64,000 nt of DNA from Rebecca billardiae RCC1528 (Eukaryota; Protista; Haptophyta), in assembly GCA_965240325.2 (NCBI GenBank), contig OZ251234.1, positions 1,550,001 through 1,614,000 on the forward strand, read 5' to 3'. The notes under the pieces were generated by a model, which ran no database searches, was not told the DNA's origin, and saw nothing but the letters and a program-made list of their open reading frames with translations. This document shows, piece by piece, positions 62,863 through 64,000 of this stretch. The position numbers and the translations under genes are program-made. The stretch's first letter is position 1, and each line of letters begins with the position of its first letter.

Positions 62863-63708
62863 TCAAGCGCCGCCAGCTCGTGCGTCGTCGCTCAGCACGC
62901 GGACGACGAGCTCCGCCCACGACTTGAGGCCGGGCTTGGGCGGGCAGTGGACCTCTCGCACGCCGAGCTCACGCGCGCGCCTGGCGGACGTCTCCCCGAT
63001 GCAGATGGCCGTCACGTCGGTGCCGGCGCAGTCGACCCACGCGTCGACCGCAGAAGGCGAGGCGAACGTGACGAAGTGCGCCGCCGCGGCGAGCTCGCGC
63101 ATCTGCGCCGTCCACTCGGGCGGCTCGGTCGTGTAGACGTCGAGACGCTGCACGTCAAAGCCGCGCGCGCGCAGCCCGCCCGGCACCGTCTCCTCGGCGC
63201 GCGCCGAGGCGGGGTACAGCACCCGCGCATCGGACGGCGGTGCCTGGGGCAGCTCCTCCGCCAGCTTACGCCCCGTCGCCTTGGACGGCTCAAATTCCAC
63301 GGTGAGGCCACCAGCCGTGAGCACCTTGCTCGTGCCGGCGCCGACTGAGGCGATCCGCAGCGCGGGCTGGTCCGCTCGCTGCCAGGCGTCGATGAGCATC
63401 GAGCCCGCCTCGGGCGAAGTGACCAGAACCCACTGCCACGTGCCCCCGGCGAGCACGGAAGGCAGCTCCTCGGCTGCCGGGAGCACACGGTGCTCGATGC
63501 AAGGCAGCTCGATGCATTCGATGCCTTGCTGCGAAAGCTCGGCTCGAAGCGCGCCGTTCTTCTCCTTCTCGCGCGTGAGGTACACCGAGCGCGCGCTCAC
63601 TGGGGCACGCGCGCTCGCGAGCGCGTCAACGACCCTGAGCGAGGAGGATGCCACCCACAGCGCCACGGCCGCGCGCGCGACACGCGTCCGCCAAGCACGC
63701 GATGCCAT
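62863..63708 (-). CDS. hemD: Uroporphyrinogen-III synthase with bipartite (plastid-type) presequence
   Basis: VYLTREKEKNGAL, ELPCIEH, VLVTSPEAG, VGAGT, LYPASARA, FASPSAV, CIGETSA. Confidence 0.92.
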   Translation of the reverse strand: MASRAWRTRVARAAVALWVASSSLRVVDALASARAPVSARSVYLTREKEKNGALRAELSQQGIECIELPCIEHRVLPAAEELPSVLAGGTWQWVLVTSPEAGSMLIDAWQRADQPALRIASVGAGTSKVLTAGGLTVEFEPSKATGRKLAEELPQAPPSDARVLYPASARAEETVPGGLRARGFDVQRLDVYTTEPPEWTAQMRELAAAAHFVTFASPSAVDAWVDCAGTDVTAICIGETSARRARELGVREVHCPPKPGLKSWAELVVRVLSDDARAGGA

Positions 63709-63778
63709 CGGAATGACGATGATCAGCACGTGAGGCCACCCGGGCACTCTGCAGCCGGCCGGGCGTGCAGCACTGCCG

Positions 63779-63910
63779 AGCTCAGCATGGCGGCCGGGGA
63801 CGACTATCGCCCCACGTTCAGCGGAGCCCACGCGCTGTGGTCTCAGCTGACTGCCGGCGTGCTCGACGCTGGCGTCCCAGCTCAGCCGCCACCGCCGGTA
63901 TCTGCGCCCC
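63779..63910 (+). repeat. 132-bp inverted copy of 57728-57859 (5' end of the RRM gene); ORF open from ATG 63787 to the window end
   Basis: Near-identical reverse complement, encoding MAAGDDYRPTFSGAHALWSQLTAGVLDAGVPAQPPPPV. Confidence 0.93.
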
Positions 63911-64000
63911 CGACGCGAGTGCTCTTCCTGCACGCCATTGCCTGTCGATCGACAGGCCGCGTCCGCGCGGCACCAGTGCCGCCACTCGGCGTCCGCCCGG

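Overview
Very GC-rich eukaryotic nuclear DNA with spliceosomal GT-AG introns. A bipartite plastid-type presequence on HemD and the gene content suggest a haptophyte-like alga, possibly Pavlovales (inference only). Two gene-dense arms flank a ~23 kb gene-poor mobile-element island (~30.9-54.3 kb). The left arm holds a DnaJ-TM protein, an FTR1 iron permease, a KIAA0825-like protein, an RNF32-like double-RING protein, a young non-autonomous Copia-type LTR element with a 5-bp TSD, an atypical homeobox gene, a UBE3C/UPL6-like HECT ligase head-to-head with RAPTOR, and a signal-peptide/caspase/13xARM protein. The right arm holds a GT47 exostosin, a Tat-SF1-like RRM protein, a 6TM+TIR-like protein, a multi-DUF350 membrane protein and HemD. 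The island resolves into nested elements with checkable ends: two hAT-type elements with 8-bp TSDs, a foldback element interrupted by a TA-flanked TIR element, a CACC-ended TIR element next to a long (TA)n tract, a Helitron-like segment and several tandem arrays. The best candidate for an undescribed system is the caspase-ARM protein: it has an intact His-Cys dyad, near-identical repeat scaffolds, and variation concentrated on the ARM ligand-binding helix. Also notable: all six introns found in the HECT/RAPTOR pair are 3n in length and stop-free.
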